Shown one piece after another: positions 49,897-61,954 of a stretch of DNA of 64,000 nt. A program made the position numbers and the translations under genes. The notes under the pieces are model-generated. The model had not been told where the DNA came from and made no database searches. It saw only the letters and a program-made list of their open reading frames with translations. Origin of the DNA: Tubulanus polymorphus (taxonomy: Eukaryota > Animalia > Nemertea); NCBI RefSeq assembly GCF_964204645.1, contig NW_027437439.1, positions 1-64,000 on the forward strand, in the 5' to 3' direction. Within the stretch, counting starts at the first letter, position 1. Every line of letters begins with the position of its first letter.

Positions 49897-51707
49897 CTTT
49901 TTACCGAAGAAAATGGTAGATTAAAATTGTTGCACTGTTGCATTAACTTTATGATTGAGTTATATCAAAAACGTTTATTATCAGCTGAGTTCATGGATAT
50001 TTTTACTTTGAAATGGCGCCTGGAAACTGTAAAAAGACTTCCCCTCTTCAAAAATAGCAACCGGCCTATATGCCGAGTTACCGAGAATAAATACATTGAA
50101 GGACATTTGATATTGGATCACTGTCAAGGGGAATGTTAATGTTTCAGTGAATTCTTATTGTCGGATCAGAAAATTAAATTCCAAGCCGTGTGTAACTAGG
50201 CCTATTGCAGATATACATTTTTGGGGACGAATATATAATTCTCACTTACGATTCATAACCTTTAAACGTTGTTGTAAGCTACAATTTTGCAATGTGGTAA
50301 CAAAATATACCAATAATATAATACTAATTACTGCAATTCAATGCAATAACCAATGACCTTAAAATTCAGCACACAACCAAAGACCACGCCGACTTCGCAA
50401 TTGATTGTGCTTACAATATATGCATCAAGCTTGGAATTTAATTTTAATTTTCCGATCCGACAAAAAAGAATTCAATAAAGCAAATTCTATTCAACACTCC
50501 GGTGGCGATAAAACAAACTGGAAGACCTGAGACACCAGTGCCCACTAAGCTCAATAATTCGAAAATTAGTCATAGGAAGACTAGACTGGACAAGAACTTC
50601 TTCAACTGCTCTGGTGCATTTGCTCCCGCTATTGATTAATATCGACGCTTATACCCGTAGCCAGCCATGTCTTTGGTATCTATTTTCACGAACTTGGACC
50701 TTTTTTTATGGTGCACACCAAAGGCGCGTATAGTTTTTCGATGCGAGTTGTCCCCGTTGAGAATTTTGAAAATAAGCAGCCAAGAGGAGGAATTTCAGAA
50801 GTTGTGGTGGAAGAAATTACGCTTCATTACATGCAATTCGGGCTCGATTCAGGAACATTTGAAAGTATGCGCTGATTTCGAACGAGAACTACCGAAAAGT
50901 CGTCGCCAAGGAGTGAATCTTTTAAAATCGATGCCCAAATGTTCGCTACGCCGGCATCAGAATGGACTTTCCTAGATGAGCCATAGCCCATCCAACTACT
51001 GACCCGTGACTTGAAATTAAAACAAATCGTTTTGTTTCGGTATAAACGTCACCAAACTAGGCCGAAACCTGATGGTTGTAATCGACTGTGATCGGATTTG
51101 GCTTTGTAAAGATTCAAATCAGAATCTAGTGTGATCATAGAGCGAAATCAAAACTGAAATGTTTAAGTGTAAATATTGTTATGACACTGCAGAATATTTC
51201 GAACTAAAAAAAGGAAAATGTGGCCTTAGGATTAGATGATTTTAACTCAAACAACCTGAACGCAGTTCGGGAGCGAAATTCAATATTTTTTGCGAACTAA
51301 TTGCACATGATTATAAACACGATATTATTGAAACGCGCCAAAATTTAGAAACCTCGGTAATTACAGCGAAACCGAGAACAGATGAAAGTTTTACAAATAC
51401 GAGACTGGCGCCAGTTTGATGGGGGATTATCTGACAAAACAATTAGACTCGATCGATTCCTGAACTGTACGCCTAAACGTACACAACTCCCGTCATTAAA
51501 GCGAAGCCGAACCGATGAGAGTGACAGAAATACGACACTGGCGCCAGTTTGATGGGAGATTATTTTACAAAATAATTAGACTCGATCAATTCGTCAACTT
51601 TTAACTTTAGCGAATTCGTCATTACTTTGTAGCCACATTTTTGAGAACTGCCGTGCAAACTAAGTTGCTAATCATGCGTTCGTTTTGAAGGGCAAATTAA
51701 GTTCAAT

Positions 51708-52934
51708 ATGCAGCGAATGAAAGCGTTGTTCGTAGTTTTACTGATCGCTTGCGGAGACTGTATATTTACGCGGGCTGATCGCACAAACTCTGTCGAGGAA
51801 GCCGCGTCTGTTACAGTCAGTTCATCTTGTAACAACACTCAATACTCCGTCGATTCTACGTCTGGTTACATCGTTTCACCGAATTATCCGTCGTTAGTGC
51901 GCGGTGTTGAATGTCGTTGGTTCGTCAACAGCTCTTTACCGGGAAGTTTTCTCGTTCAAGTTTACTACGACATCGAGCCGTCGATATTCTGTAACGAAAA
52001 CTACCTTCTCGTCGGTGAGTCCGACAACAAACTCTGCGCTAGCGGAAGAAAACAACTAGATATCCGCAGTAACGATTTGATTTCGTTGTTGTTTAGGAGT
52101 AACGTCGATGGAGCGCGAGGTAGTCGGGTTTATATCATATATCGTTTCGAAGAACAGAGTCGCTTGAAATTGATACAACATGAATGCAACAAATATTCAG
52201 TAAAAGAATTACCAACTCAAACAGGTTATGAATTCATGATTTCTACCCGGAGATGTAAATTGTTGTTAGAATGGATCTGGATGATAGACGGGTTTGCATT
52301 GAATCTAACGTTTATACAGATAGATTATAGATTATATCCCGGTGAGGATCCAATGAAAACTCGTCCTAAAATTTACGACGGACGGAACAGCACCAGTGAA
52401 CCTATAGCTCTTATACGAGAACAAACCGGACATCCACCGTCATCGTTTTATACTAAAAGTAATAAAGCCCTCATTGAATTTGAAAATAGGAATTTGTTTA
52501 AGTCGCAGTTATTCGTCCAAGCTTACAAAATATCAGATTGGAACATCTCTAAACCGTTAATTCAAGTCTATAATAAATCAGGACTGCTCACTACAATTGA
52601 TGGAATACCACATATAGTAACTAAGTCTAAACACTTATACTGCTGGTCTATCACAGTCGATGTTCTGCAGTACGTCGTCTTCAACTGGACACGTGATCTC
52701 GTCTCGTCACCAGGTGTCGTTGGTGTATATAAACAGGAAGGGTTACGTATTGTGAGAACTGATATTTTATTCAGTTTCAACCATCTTAAATCTCTGAGTG
52801 TAAAATCAGACGGATTTCTCGTGATTCTGTGCGTTTTAACGACATCGGATTTTTTAAGATCGAATTTGAAAATACAATTCAAAGTGAAATCAATGACAAT
52901 ATCAGACGTCTACGTCAACAAGCCAAGGATATCG
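51708..52934 (+). CDS. GRL101-like exon 1: signal peptide and CUB / CUB-like domains (409 codons, open)
   Basis: ORF 51708..52952. Donor TCG/GTAAGT at 52934/52935. CUB motifs C...GYIVSPNYP...CRWFV...C..NYL...KLCASG. Confidence 0.85.
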
Positions 52935-53084
52935 GTAAGTTTATTACAGTGATTTGTAAATTTGCTATGCATGTTATAATGATGATAATAATGATAAGGA
53001 TAACGATAACGATAGCGATAGCGGAAGCGGCAACACTGCACAATAGATAATGTGTTCATTCTGTATTCGTTAAGTGAACTTCTA

Positions 53085-54464
53085 AAATAGCAGAAAAAAG
53101 CTCTATTGTGCATTTATAAACTTTGTCAAAGCTTTTGATTTGGTGTGGCGAGCAGGGTTGTGGCAAAAGCTTTTGAATAATGGTATAAACGAAAACGTAT
53201 TTAATCTCATACGTAATGTGTATAGTAACGTTATATACTGTAATGAATGGAAGCTCGAAGTAAATATCAGAAAAACAAAAGTACTCATTTTTGGCACAAG
53301 AGCTCAAAGGAATAATGTCCGATTTATTATGGGTAATCAAAACATCGAAATTGTTAGTACATACAAGTATCCTGGTATCCCCTACAACAAAACAGAAGTT
53401 TCCTAGCAACAAAGAAATATCTAATTAGTCGAGCAAAAAGAGCTCTCCATGTTTTGTACACGCGTATACATACTCTAAACCTACCACTGGACTGCCAGCT
53501 TAAACTTTTCGATCCGACTATCGTTCCTATTCTAACATATGGCTGTGAGGTCTGGAGGTTCTCCAACCTACAGTAAGTAGAAAATGTCCATATTTCCTTT
53601 CTGAGGCGCATATTACATCTCAGAAAGTACTCCATCTTATATGTTGTATGGTGAAACTGGTAGACACCCTCTTTCGATCACGATTAAAGTGAGAATTCTA
53701 ACTTTTTCGGCACAAACAGTCTCATCCGCTTTCGGTAAATTGTCGCATATTCTATATAGGCCTGTTATGAAATTATCCCGAGGAATGGAGATGCTCCAAA
53801 TATCAAATGGTTCCAAAATATAAGAAATACCCTATACCCCGTTGGATTAAATAATATATGGGATTCGCAATCATTCCCAAATGTTAATTGGCTCAAAGCA
53901 ACATCCAAACAACGGTTACTAGATCAATATAAGCAATCATGGACTAGCTCCATACGCGATTCTACTAAAGGTTCTCACTAAATGTTTTTCAAAACCGATC
54001 TACTCCTGGAAAACCGTCTCTGATCTTTCGGATAACCTCATAATTAATTTAACTACATTCCGTACTACAAATCATAAGCTCCCAATAGAAACTGGCAGAT
54101 GGAATAACTTAGGGCGTGCTGATAGAACATGTCAATTGTGTAATAATGGAATTGGGGACGAATTTCATTACCTTTTCAATTGTATATATTTAAATGATAG
54201 TATAGGGAATTAAATCTAGACAGAAGATTTTATACGAACCCCAACCTTTTCAAATATAAATTATTAATGCAAACTGAAGATAGAGCCGAACTTCGTAAAC
54301 TATGTGTATTTTTGTTGGTAGAATTATGAAAATTTTCAATTAATAGCTCACATGAAAATCGATATCTAACCATGTATCTATCTACTGTACGTTATTTATA
54401 ATGTATATATAACTAGAATTTTCTTTGTACCAAGAGTTTGTCGAATAAAGTAAAGTAAAGTAAA
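53085..54464 (+). mobile_element. Decayed, internally deleted LINE RT/C-terminal fragment in GRL101-like intron 1
   Basis: KAFDLVWR, WKLEVNIRKTKVLIF, YKYPG, PILTYGCEVW, YGETGRHPL, LPIETGRW, CQLC...GDEFHYLFNC. AATAAA(GTAAA)n tail. Confidence 0.85.
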
Positions 54465-54763
54465 AGCGATAGCGGCAGCGACATCGACAGCAACAACCAC
54501 AACGACAATGATAATACAAATAATGATAATAATAATATTAATGATAATAATATGAGTGAGACTGAGGAATTCTTTCGTTTTTATCCTTTCTTCGAATCGA
54601 TGCAATTAAAATGTGTACACGAAATGTTTTCTCGATACGATTGTGCCATTCTATCTTAAGACCTGTAACAAATCGTAATATTCCGAGTGGAAATTATGTT
54701 GATACACACGAGATTTTGAGATAATCGCATTATATTATTATCGTCATCGTTATATATTTTCAG

Positions 54764-56113
54764 GTAGTGAAGGAGGTGAAATCTCTGAGCCGCGTGTTCC
54801 CGAGTTCAAAGAATACATTGTATCATGTAACTATATTACAGCTAAACTGGAAAGTGAACATCTATGAAGAACAGTTGAAACTAACAGTGCTATCAGAAAA
54901 CTGTGATCGAGCTGGTTTTTATATATTCGATGGTAGTAATTTCACAGCTAGACGCTATGGTCCGTATTGTCCTGGTTCACACTACGGTCGATCTGTCGTC
55001 AGCCTGATTACATCAGGTGGACCGGTTACTGTAGTAGCGTACGCTTATTACTATAACAATCAGTTAACAGTTAATCGTCCTTACCAGTCGTATCTTATGT
55101 ACGCCCCTATCGATTGTGATGGTTATGTTCTACAGGAAGAAGAACGTCAGATCAATATGACGTCACACTGTCTCATGATTACACCTGAAATTCGACGCCT
55201 TCGCTTGAAAAATATTCACATATTATCAGAACACGAATATCAAATTGACCGATGTTTTCTCAAGATGTCATTGTCGTGTGATCATTTTCTGAGTTTGAGT
55301 AATCAGTTTCTTAATAACAGTCTCGTATTAAACACTGTAGATTTCACAGTTAATGGGTTTGGATTCTGGCAAGAACCACTAATAGTAAAACTACGTCGTG
55401 AATGTCTAGGAGTGAAAAAATCAGCTAGTAATCGAGGTTCCCATATCCTATCTACGACTCCTGATAAATGTGGACTCGTGCAGTCACCGAAGTACCCGGG
55501 TCGGGCAGGACGTACGTTCAAATCAATTGTCTACAAATTTGAAAAAACGATACAACAAAATACATTAGAATATTACAGCATATTTCAATATTACAGATTT
55601 ATTGTCAAATTTATCGGATCAGTTTCATGTGAAACAAACAACGTATTTGATTATGATCCAATCATTCTAATGCAAATGATGATTTACAGCCACTTCCTTG
55701 ACGGAGTCGTTAGAAACCGACATGAAACTAAAATATGTCAAAATATAGCGGTTCGTGGACTCATATTTCATAGTTTGAAAGGTTGGGACCTGCGTTTTGA
55801 AGTAATTAATAGAATTCCAACGTTTCAAATACAATACACTTTACACGAGTCGTTACCGATTAAAGATTTCGATGATTTCTACTGTAAACAAGGATTTCTG
55901 GATTCCGGAATTTCTTGCATCAAATTCATCAGAGATGAACGTCTGAATTGGGAAAACGCCGAAATATACTGCAGACAGAAGTACGCGGGACATCTTCTCA
56001 GTATCAACTCAGAACAGGAAATCATTTCCATCAAAAGAATATTCGCTACAGAACTTCTCCGAATGGCGTACACATTAAAAGCGCTCATAATGATGATAGG
56101 ATTAAAATGGAAG
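54764..56113 (+). CDS. GRL101-like exon 2: CUB-like region and first half of C-type lectin domain (450 codons, open)
   Basis: Acceptor ttttcag/GTA at 54763/54764, in frame with ORF 54767..56236. Donor AAG/GTAAGA at 56113, followed by an 83-bp intron. Confidence 0.85.
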
Positions 56114-56196
56114 GTAAGACTATTATGTACAAATGTGAATTGGAAAGGAAAGATTTTTAAAGAAGAAATAAAAGATTTCCTTTTTTCACGAAACAG

Positions 56197-56913
56197 AATG
56201 ATGGTTATTACACGTGGACTGACGGTAAACCATTGAGCTACACAGAGTGGTATAAACCTGTTATTAATGAAACGATACCAGAAGTTATTCGAGGATTGAT
56301 ATCTCCGCTAAGAAAACAACCGATAAATGACGTCAATATGCCATGTACAGCGATGATACTGAATAATCCACGAGGATCAGCGAACTGGGTTCGATTCCCG
56401 TGTCAAATCGAGGAGACGCACACGACATTCATTTGTGAATCCGAGAGAATCGACATCAAAAACAAACACAATTCAACGATAAACGATGCGAACAATTCAA
56501 CAAATACAGAATTAAATAAAACCATAGATCAAATGATTCCCGATGTTACTTTAATTAATTCAAACTGTCCAAGAGGTTGGGTAACTGTTTACGGACAATG
56601 TTATCAAATACTAACCGACTGGAAAAACAATCGAGGTTTGAATATTCGGAGTGCTAGAGAAATGTGTCACGGCATCCGCGCCGAAATAGTAAGAATCACC
56701 TTAAATACAGAAAGTGATACGAACAATTTGGTCGCCAAATTTCAATATCGACATCAATATGGCGCTATACTGGCAATGGACCACGACGGGTTTAAAGTTA
56801 TCAAACCAATGGTGACCAGAAATGAAATTACCTATATTCAATCGGTCAAATGGTTATCGAAACCTTTCGATGATAAAAATGATAATGTGCATTCCGTGTT
56901 GTGTACCTTGTAA
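56197..56913 (+). CDS. GRL101-like exon 3, 5' part: rest of CTL1 and degenerate CTL2, ending at premature TAA
   Basis: Acceptor aaacag/AAT. Reads NDGYYTWTDGKPLSYTEW...WVRFPC...FICE, then CPRGWVTVYGQCY...AREMC...VLC, with TAA at 56911-56913. Confidence 0.8.
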   Translation, partial: NDGYYTWTDGKPLSYTEWYKPVINETIPEVIRGLISPLRKQPINDVNMPCTAMILNNPRGSANWVRFPCQIEETHTTFICESERIDIKNKHNSTINDANNSTNTELNKTIDQMIPDVTLINSNCPRGWVTVYGQCYQILTDWKNNRGLNIRSAREMCHGIRAEIVRITLNTESDTNNLVAKFQYRHQYGAILAMDHDGFKVIKPMVTRNEITYIQSVKWLSKPFDDKNDNVHSVLCTL

Positions 56914-59900
56914 CTGGTGAAGAGTTAGCTTCTATAAGCGGTTGTAAATCGTGGCAGTTTGAATGTAACGATCAAAGATGTATCAGCGACCATCGCGTAT
57001 GTGATACCAGACAAGACTGTCAAAACGGTGAAGATGAACTCAATTGTACGGATATCAATTTAAACAGTCAGTTCCGCTGTAACGATGGACAGGTAATATC
57101 GATTAGCGGTTTCTGTGACTTTATTAGAGATTGCGTCGATGGCTCGGATGAGAACTCGTGCTATCATCCACCGTGTTTATCTACGCAATATCGCTGTTCT
57201 AATCAACAATGCATCGATAGTTATAAACGATGTGACGGACTAGCCAACTGTAAAGACGGTTCCGATGAGATCGGATGCACTGCCGAGCTTTGTCAGGGGT
57301 TCTCGTGCGCGGACGGTGAATGTATTAGTTCCCAGTTGTATCGGGATGGTATCGTGGATTGTAGCGGAAGTCTCGAAGAAGACGAATTGGTCACTAATGT
57401 GACAATGAATCCCGAGGTTTACTGTAATAATGATAATCACTGTACGACTCGTTTCACAGATCTGTGTAAGGAATCGGATGAACAAAGATGTTCGTTCAAT
57501 TCTCCTCGCTGTTATTCCCGACACGAAAGGTGTATTTTAGAAAGGATGCCGATTGGTTTCCCGGTATGTAGAAATCTTGAACATATACTCGCGTGTAATG
57601 ACTTCGAATGCGCGGCTGGTACTGTAAAATGTCCGGCATCTTACTGTATACCGATCAGGCACGTTTGTGACGGTCGATCCGATTGTCCTAATTCTGAAGA
57701 TGAACGAAACTGCGAGACTTGGTCGTGTCCGGGAATGTTTGAATGCGGCCAGGATAATCGATGTATTCCGCAATCTGAAGTGTGCGACGGTGTCGTCAAT
57801 TGTAAACATAACTCTGATGACGAGTCATACTGTAAGGTCACGTGTCCTGAACGTTGTAATTGTCGGGGTTATTTCATCGATTGTGAAAATGCTTTTTTAT
57901 CAGATATTACTGGTCGTTTTATAGAATCAACTCGGGTTTTGATTTTGTCGAATAACCGAGTCATATTTAACGAGTCGACGTTCAACTCTTTCATTTATAT
58001 TCGTTTTCTCGATATTTCGGGCAATGATTTGTCTTACATCGTTCCAAACGCGTTTTCTAATCTAAACAATCTATACACACTAGACCTTACTCACAACCGC
58101 ATAACATCATTATCTGCTAATACATTCGCAGGTTTGATCGGTTTAAAACAACTATCTCTTATCGGAAATCCGCTGCAACATTTAGAAGACGGTAGTTTTC
58201 GAGGTCTGACGTCACTCACTGCTCTCGATCTTCACGGACTTTCTATATCGGTTCTCGGTGAAAATGTATTTAAAGGTTTATCCGCATTACAGTCGTTAAA
58301 TATCAGCAGTAACAGAATACATTATATTTCCAGTTATGCTTTTTACGGATTGGTTGGACTTGAAATTCTAGATCTCGTCAAAAATGCCAAAGTGATATTT
58401 GTAAAAAGAAACGTCCTTGGCGATCTTACGTCATTGAAATACCTCGCTTCAGATGCTTACAAATTTTGCTGCATGGCGCCGAATGTTGACCGATGTCTTC
58501 CCGAAGCTGATCAATTTTCGACCTGCTCTGACCTGATGGGTAACGCTGCACTGAGAGCCATCATCTGGATGATCGCATTTTTCAGTTTTCTCGCTAACAG
58601 TATCGTTATTTTATTTCGCGTTCAAGCTTTGCGGATGGAATCCTCCGGAACACGTAACACATCTTCTGATGTCATCATAATAAATATTGCCGGGTGTGAT
58701 TTTCTGATGTCGGTCTATTTGTTTTTGATTGCAGGAGCTGACCACGCGTTCAAAGGCGTTTATTATTTAAATTCAGAGTCCTGGACGGATAGCTCATTAT
58801 GACGTCTCGCAGGCGTTATTGTCACCGTTTCGTGCGAAGGTTCCTTAACTTTGCTCTTAATTCTAACGCGTCAGAGATATTCAAATATCGTCAACCCGTT
58901 TTCTAGAAGTCCGATTATAACTCCGAAATATGTTATCGGTATTTGCTGCATTTGTTGGCTCGTTATAAGCACAGTTTCTATTCTACCACTGTCATCGTCG
59001 TCTTACTTCGGAGGCAATTTTTACGGTACAACCGGAGTTTGTTTGCCTATGAATTTACTGACGATCGACGTCAATGGCTGGCTCTATTCATTCACAATTT
59101 TTGCCTTGTTAAATACGGCCATATTGGCTACGATAATGACGACGTACGCTCAGATGTATAGACTCGTATCTGGAAGTAGGTCGGGATCGGGTAGAGCCGA
59201 TCCTACCGAACTGGTTTTAGCTCGAAGGAGTTTAGTAATCAATCTTTGTAATCTATTTTGCTGGCTACCGATAATAATCGTTCAGTTTTGCGCCGTATTT
59301 TCGGTCGCGATACCGAACCAGGTGGCCGCTTAGCTGGCCGTTCTATTTTTACCGATCAACTCGTCTTTGAATCCGCTTCTTTATACAATACTAACTATCG
59401 ATATGAAATCTATTCGTGAACGCAATAAACGACGACTTGGATTGACTTTATCCAGTAAATAAACAATATAAAGCTGCATCTATGTTCAATGTTAAATTTC
59501 TCACGCACGAATTCGATTCATTTCCTTATTCCGAAAACTTTCGAAATCGATTCAAATTTCTCGAATCAATTAATGTTCTTTTGGAATAAAATATATTTCA
59601 TGCAATGCGTATTTTAAGTAAACATCTCAAGTCGATTTGATTTCTAAATACCCGGTGTAGTTACTGTTTATTCAACTGAAAAGAAAAATCGCCTACAGAT
59701 GGCCTGATATCTTTACCTTTAGTGGTTTTCACATAACATGAGAATAATTTGACATCAAGAATAGTAGTTTCAATTGAAAATGAACCAGATATCATTTCTA
59801 CATCTTTATAATTGTTTCACATCCTTCGTAGTAGTTGAGAATAGAAACCTCAAATAGGAGCTGTAGTCAAGTCGGAAAATAGAGGGAACGGATATTTTGC

Positions 59901-61074
59901 GACTTCGAAAAAAGCAGTTTAATTGAGGATGAACTAAACCAGATTTTGAAATTTTTTAATTATTTTTGGTGAAGCTCTTAAAAGTGGCAGAAACTACTTT
60001 CAAATAGTAGTCGTAGTCAGATCTACAAACCAATTCAAATCAGTTCGATCATACCAGTCTAAGCATAAGTGTATTTTTTCAGTAAACCTAATCGTTTGTG
60101 CTAAATGAAAACGTCTTAGAAAACGGTCACATCGAAACCTATACTGACTGGTAATGATTTACGACGCGATTACGATTGGATATCAACTTTTTTTTTCATT
60201 TCCGAAGAAAACAACAACAACATATTAACGAACCACAAATCTTCAATTCTGTATGTTTAGTTTTAGTTCAGTAGAGCGCGGTTCATAAGTTTAAAGGAAA
60301 TTTACCGGATAGTTACACATTTTGTGGCCTAATTAGCTACTTCGCGTCATAGTTTCGTGGACGGCTTGTAATGTCCTGTTTCTCTGATCGGCAGGAATAC
60401 TGTAGTTTTAAAGGTGACCGGGTTGTCGATCAGGTGACTCGTCTCGTCGGCCGCCGAGTTGAACTGGTGATCGTGTTTAAAAGACGAGCCAGCAGTGAAT
60501 GATTTAAAGAAGAAAGAGAAAGGCCGATATCTGCATGTCATGTAGAATTTTTGATTTAAAAAGATTTTAAGATTTGAAAGAAGCCAATGATAAATGAAAT
60601 AAGAGTTGAACGTTGGAAAATATCGTGAAGTAAGCAAACGTTTTCAAACTAGTTTTTTGACCCAAGCGCGGGAGTTTCATTTTTGACAACGAAACAACTG
60701 TTACAATAATGTTTAATGTACATTGATATAGTAAAAGGGGTTCTGTGTGATTCGATGTGCACTACGTCATCGAAGTAAGCGTTTGAGCATGTTTATTTGT
60801 AGTTAGATTTTAAGAGGCCTGCTTGATCTGGAGCCCTACACTATGATTATATAAACTAGAATCAGAGTTGTCAAGGAGCCTTATTTTAACCTCACAATTA
60901 GTAAAACGTATAACACAGTCACTTTATAGGTTACTCATACAGGGACTCGTTTACCCGATGAAGCCACTATACTAGTAGCAAAACTCGTATCAAAATAAGA
61001 CAAAAATACACTACGCTGTCTTTATACATTTCACTGAATAAACAAAAATGTTGTATGGAACTTGAAATCAGTGG

Positions 61075-61954
61075 TTATCTGACTGAATCTCGACAGCGGA
61101 TTTTCATACAGAAATATTCGCGAATTTCTCGTCCCAGTAAAAGATATATGTAGACATTTACCACAAAATTACACAATTGAAACTTTGCATTTTTTGAATA
61201 AATCATACTGAAATTATCTGTGTTTCTGTGAGGCTTGTAAAAATGTAGTTATAGTGGAAGGAAGTGTAAATATTGCGAATGCGAGTGAAACTGTTACAAG
61301 CATTATTGTTAGTATTAGAATTGAATGTAAAATGTGAATATGAATGACAATTATGAGGAAAAATTTAATTTGGTCGACTAGTTCGCGGTTAGAAACATCC
61401 GAAAAACTGATCGGTAAAATGTGTCGACAAAGTAGGAAGAAGATCTAGAACCAGCGAATTCACTGCAATAATTATCAACATAGTAAATCTAGCGAATCTC
61501 GGTGTACATATCAATCGAGATGTGAACGGGAAGAGCACAACTGTCGCACGTTCTAGAGATATCACTACTATTAACCACGAACGATTGCTTGCTGCGAGTA
61601 TGATTACAAATTCATAAATTTGACAACTGATCAGTGAATCCATGATGAATATGGGCTCATCTTTAACATGCAAGAGCACAAACTGTAAAACGGGCATCAG
61701 CGTAAAACTGATACAGTACATAAAATCACTGATTGACAATACGATCAGATAGTTAGTTTAAGATAAACTGTGGAATCTGCGACTTATCATTATCATTAGG
61801 AAAGTAGCTGAATTTCAAAATGCTCCAAACAAGAACAGTGCACTAGGCAGAATGGCCTATGATACAGTACGGTAGACTCCGGACCTGTTCGCTACAGATA
61901 TGATATGATGTAACTTATATAAGTTCGACCAATTTGCATTAGAGTAGATTTCAT
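61075..61954 (-). pseudogene. Decayed paralogue of the 29323-30267 GPCR
   Basis: Minus strand shares long stretches with the intact gene (LMPVLQF, SLISCQI, LERATVVLFPFTSRLICTPRFAR, HFTDQFFGC, YIYLLLGREIREYFCMKIRCR). It has in-frame stops and frameshifts near the N-terminus, a stop at 61391-61389 and loss of most of TM5/ICL3. Confidence 0.88.

Larger units (their letters stand above)
51708..59462 (+). pseudogene. GRL101: GRL101-like LDLa/LRR GPCR (type C2 LGR) with CUB-like and C-type lectin N-terminal extension; 3' half disrupted
   Basis: Exons 51708-52934, 54764-56113, 56197-59462 (phase-0 GT-AG introns). Domains: signal peptide, CUB (SGYIVSPNYP), CTL (LNWENAEIYC...HLLSINS...WTDG), ~7 LDLa (e.g. 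CDGLANCKDGSDE), LRRNT CPERCNC, LRRs, hinge KFCC/DQFSTCSDLM, 7TM ending LPINSSLNPLLYT. Lesions: frameshift at ~56905-56913, TGA 58800-58802, TAG 59331-59333. Confidence 0.85.

Noticed and set aside
50667-50975. 102-aa ORF upstream of the GRL101-like gene
   Set aside because: No recognisable motif or supporting splice structure; possibly repeat-derived.
56895-56915. Programmed -1 frameshift or micro-intron joining CTL and LDLa frames
   Set aside because: No X_XXY_YYZ slippery site and no credible intron of normal size; downstream stops would still truncate the 7TM.
58800-58802. TGA at a conserved Cys read as selenocysteine
   Set aside because: The same frame is also broken by a frameshift and a TAG; no SECIS recognised; a single-base nonsense change is simpler.
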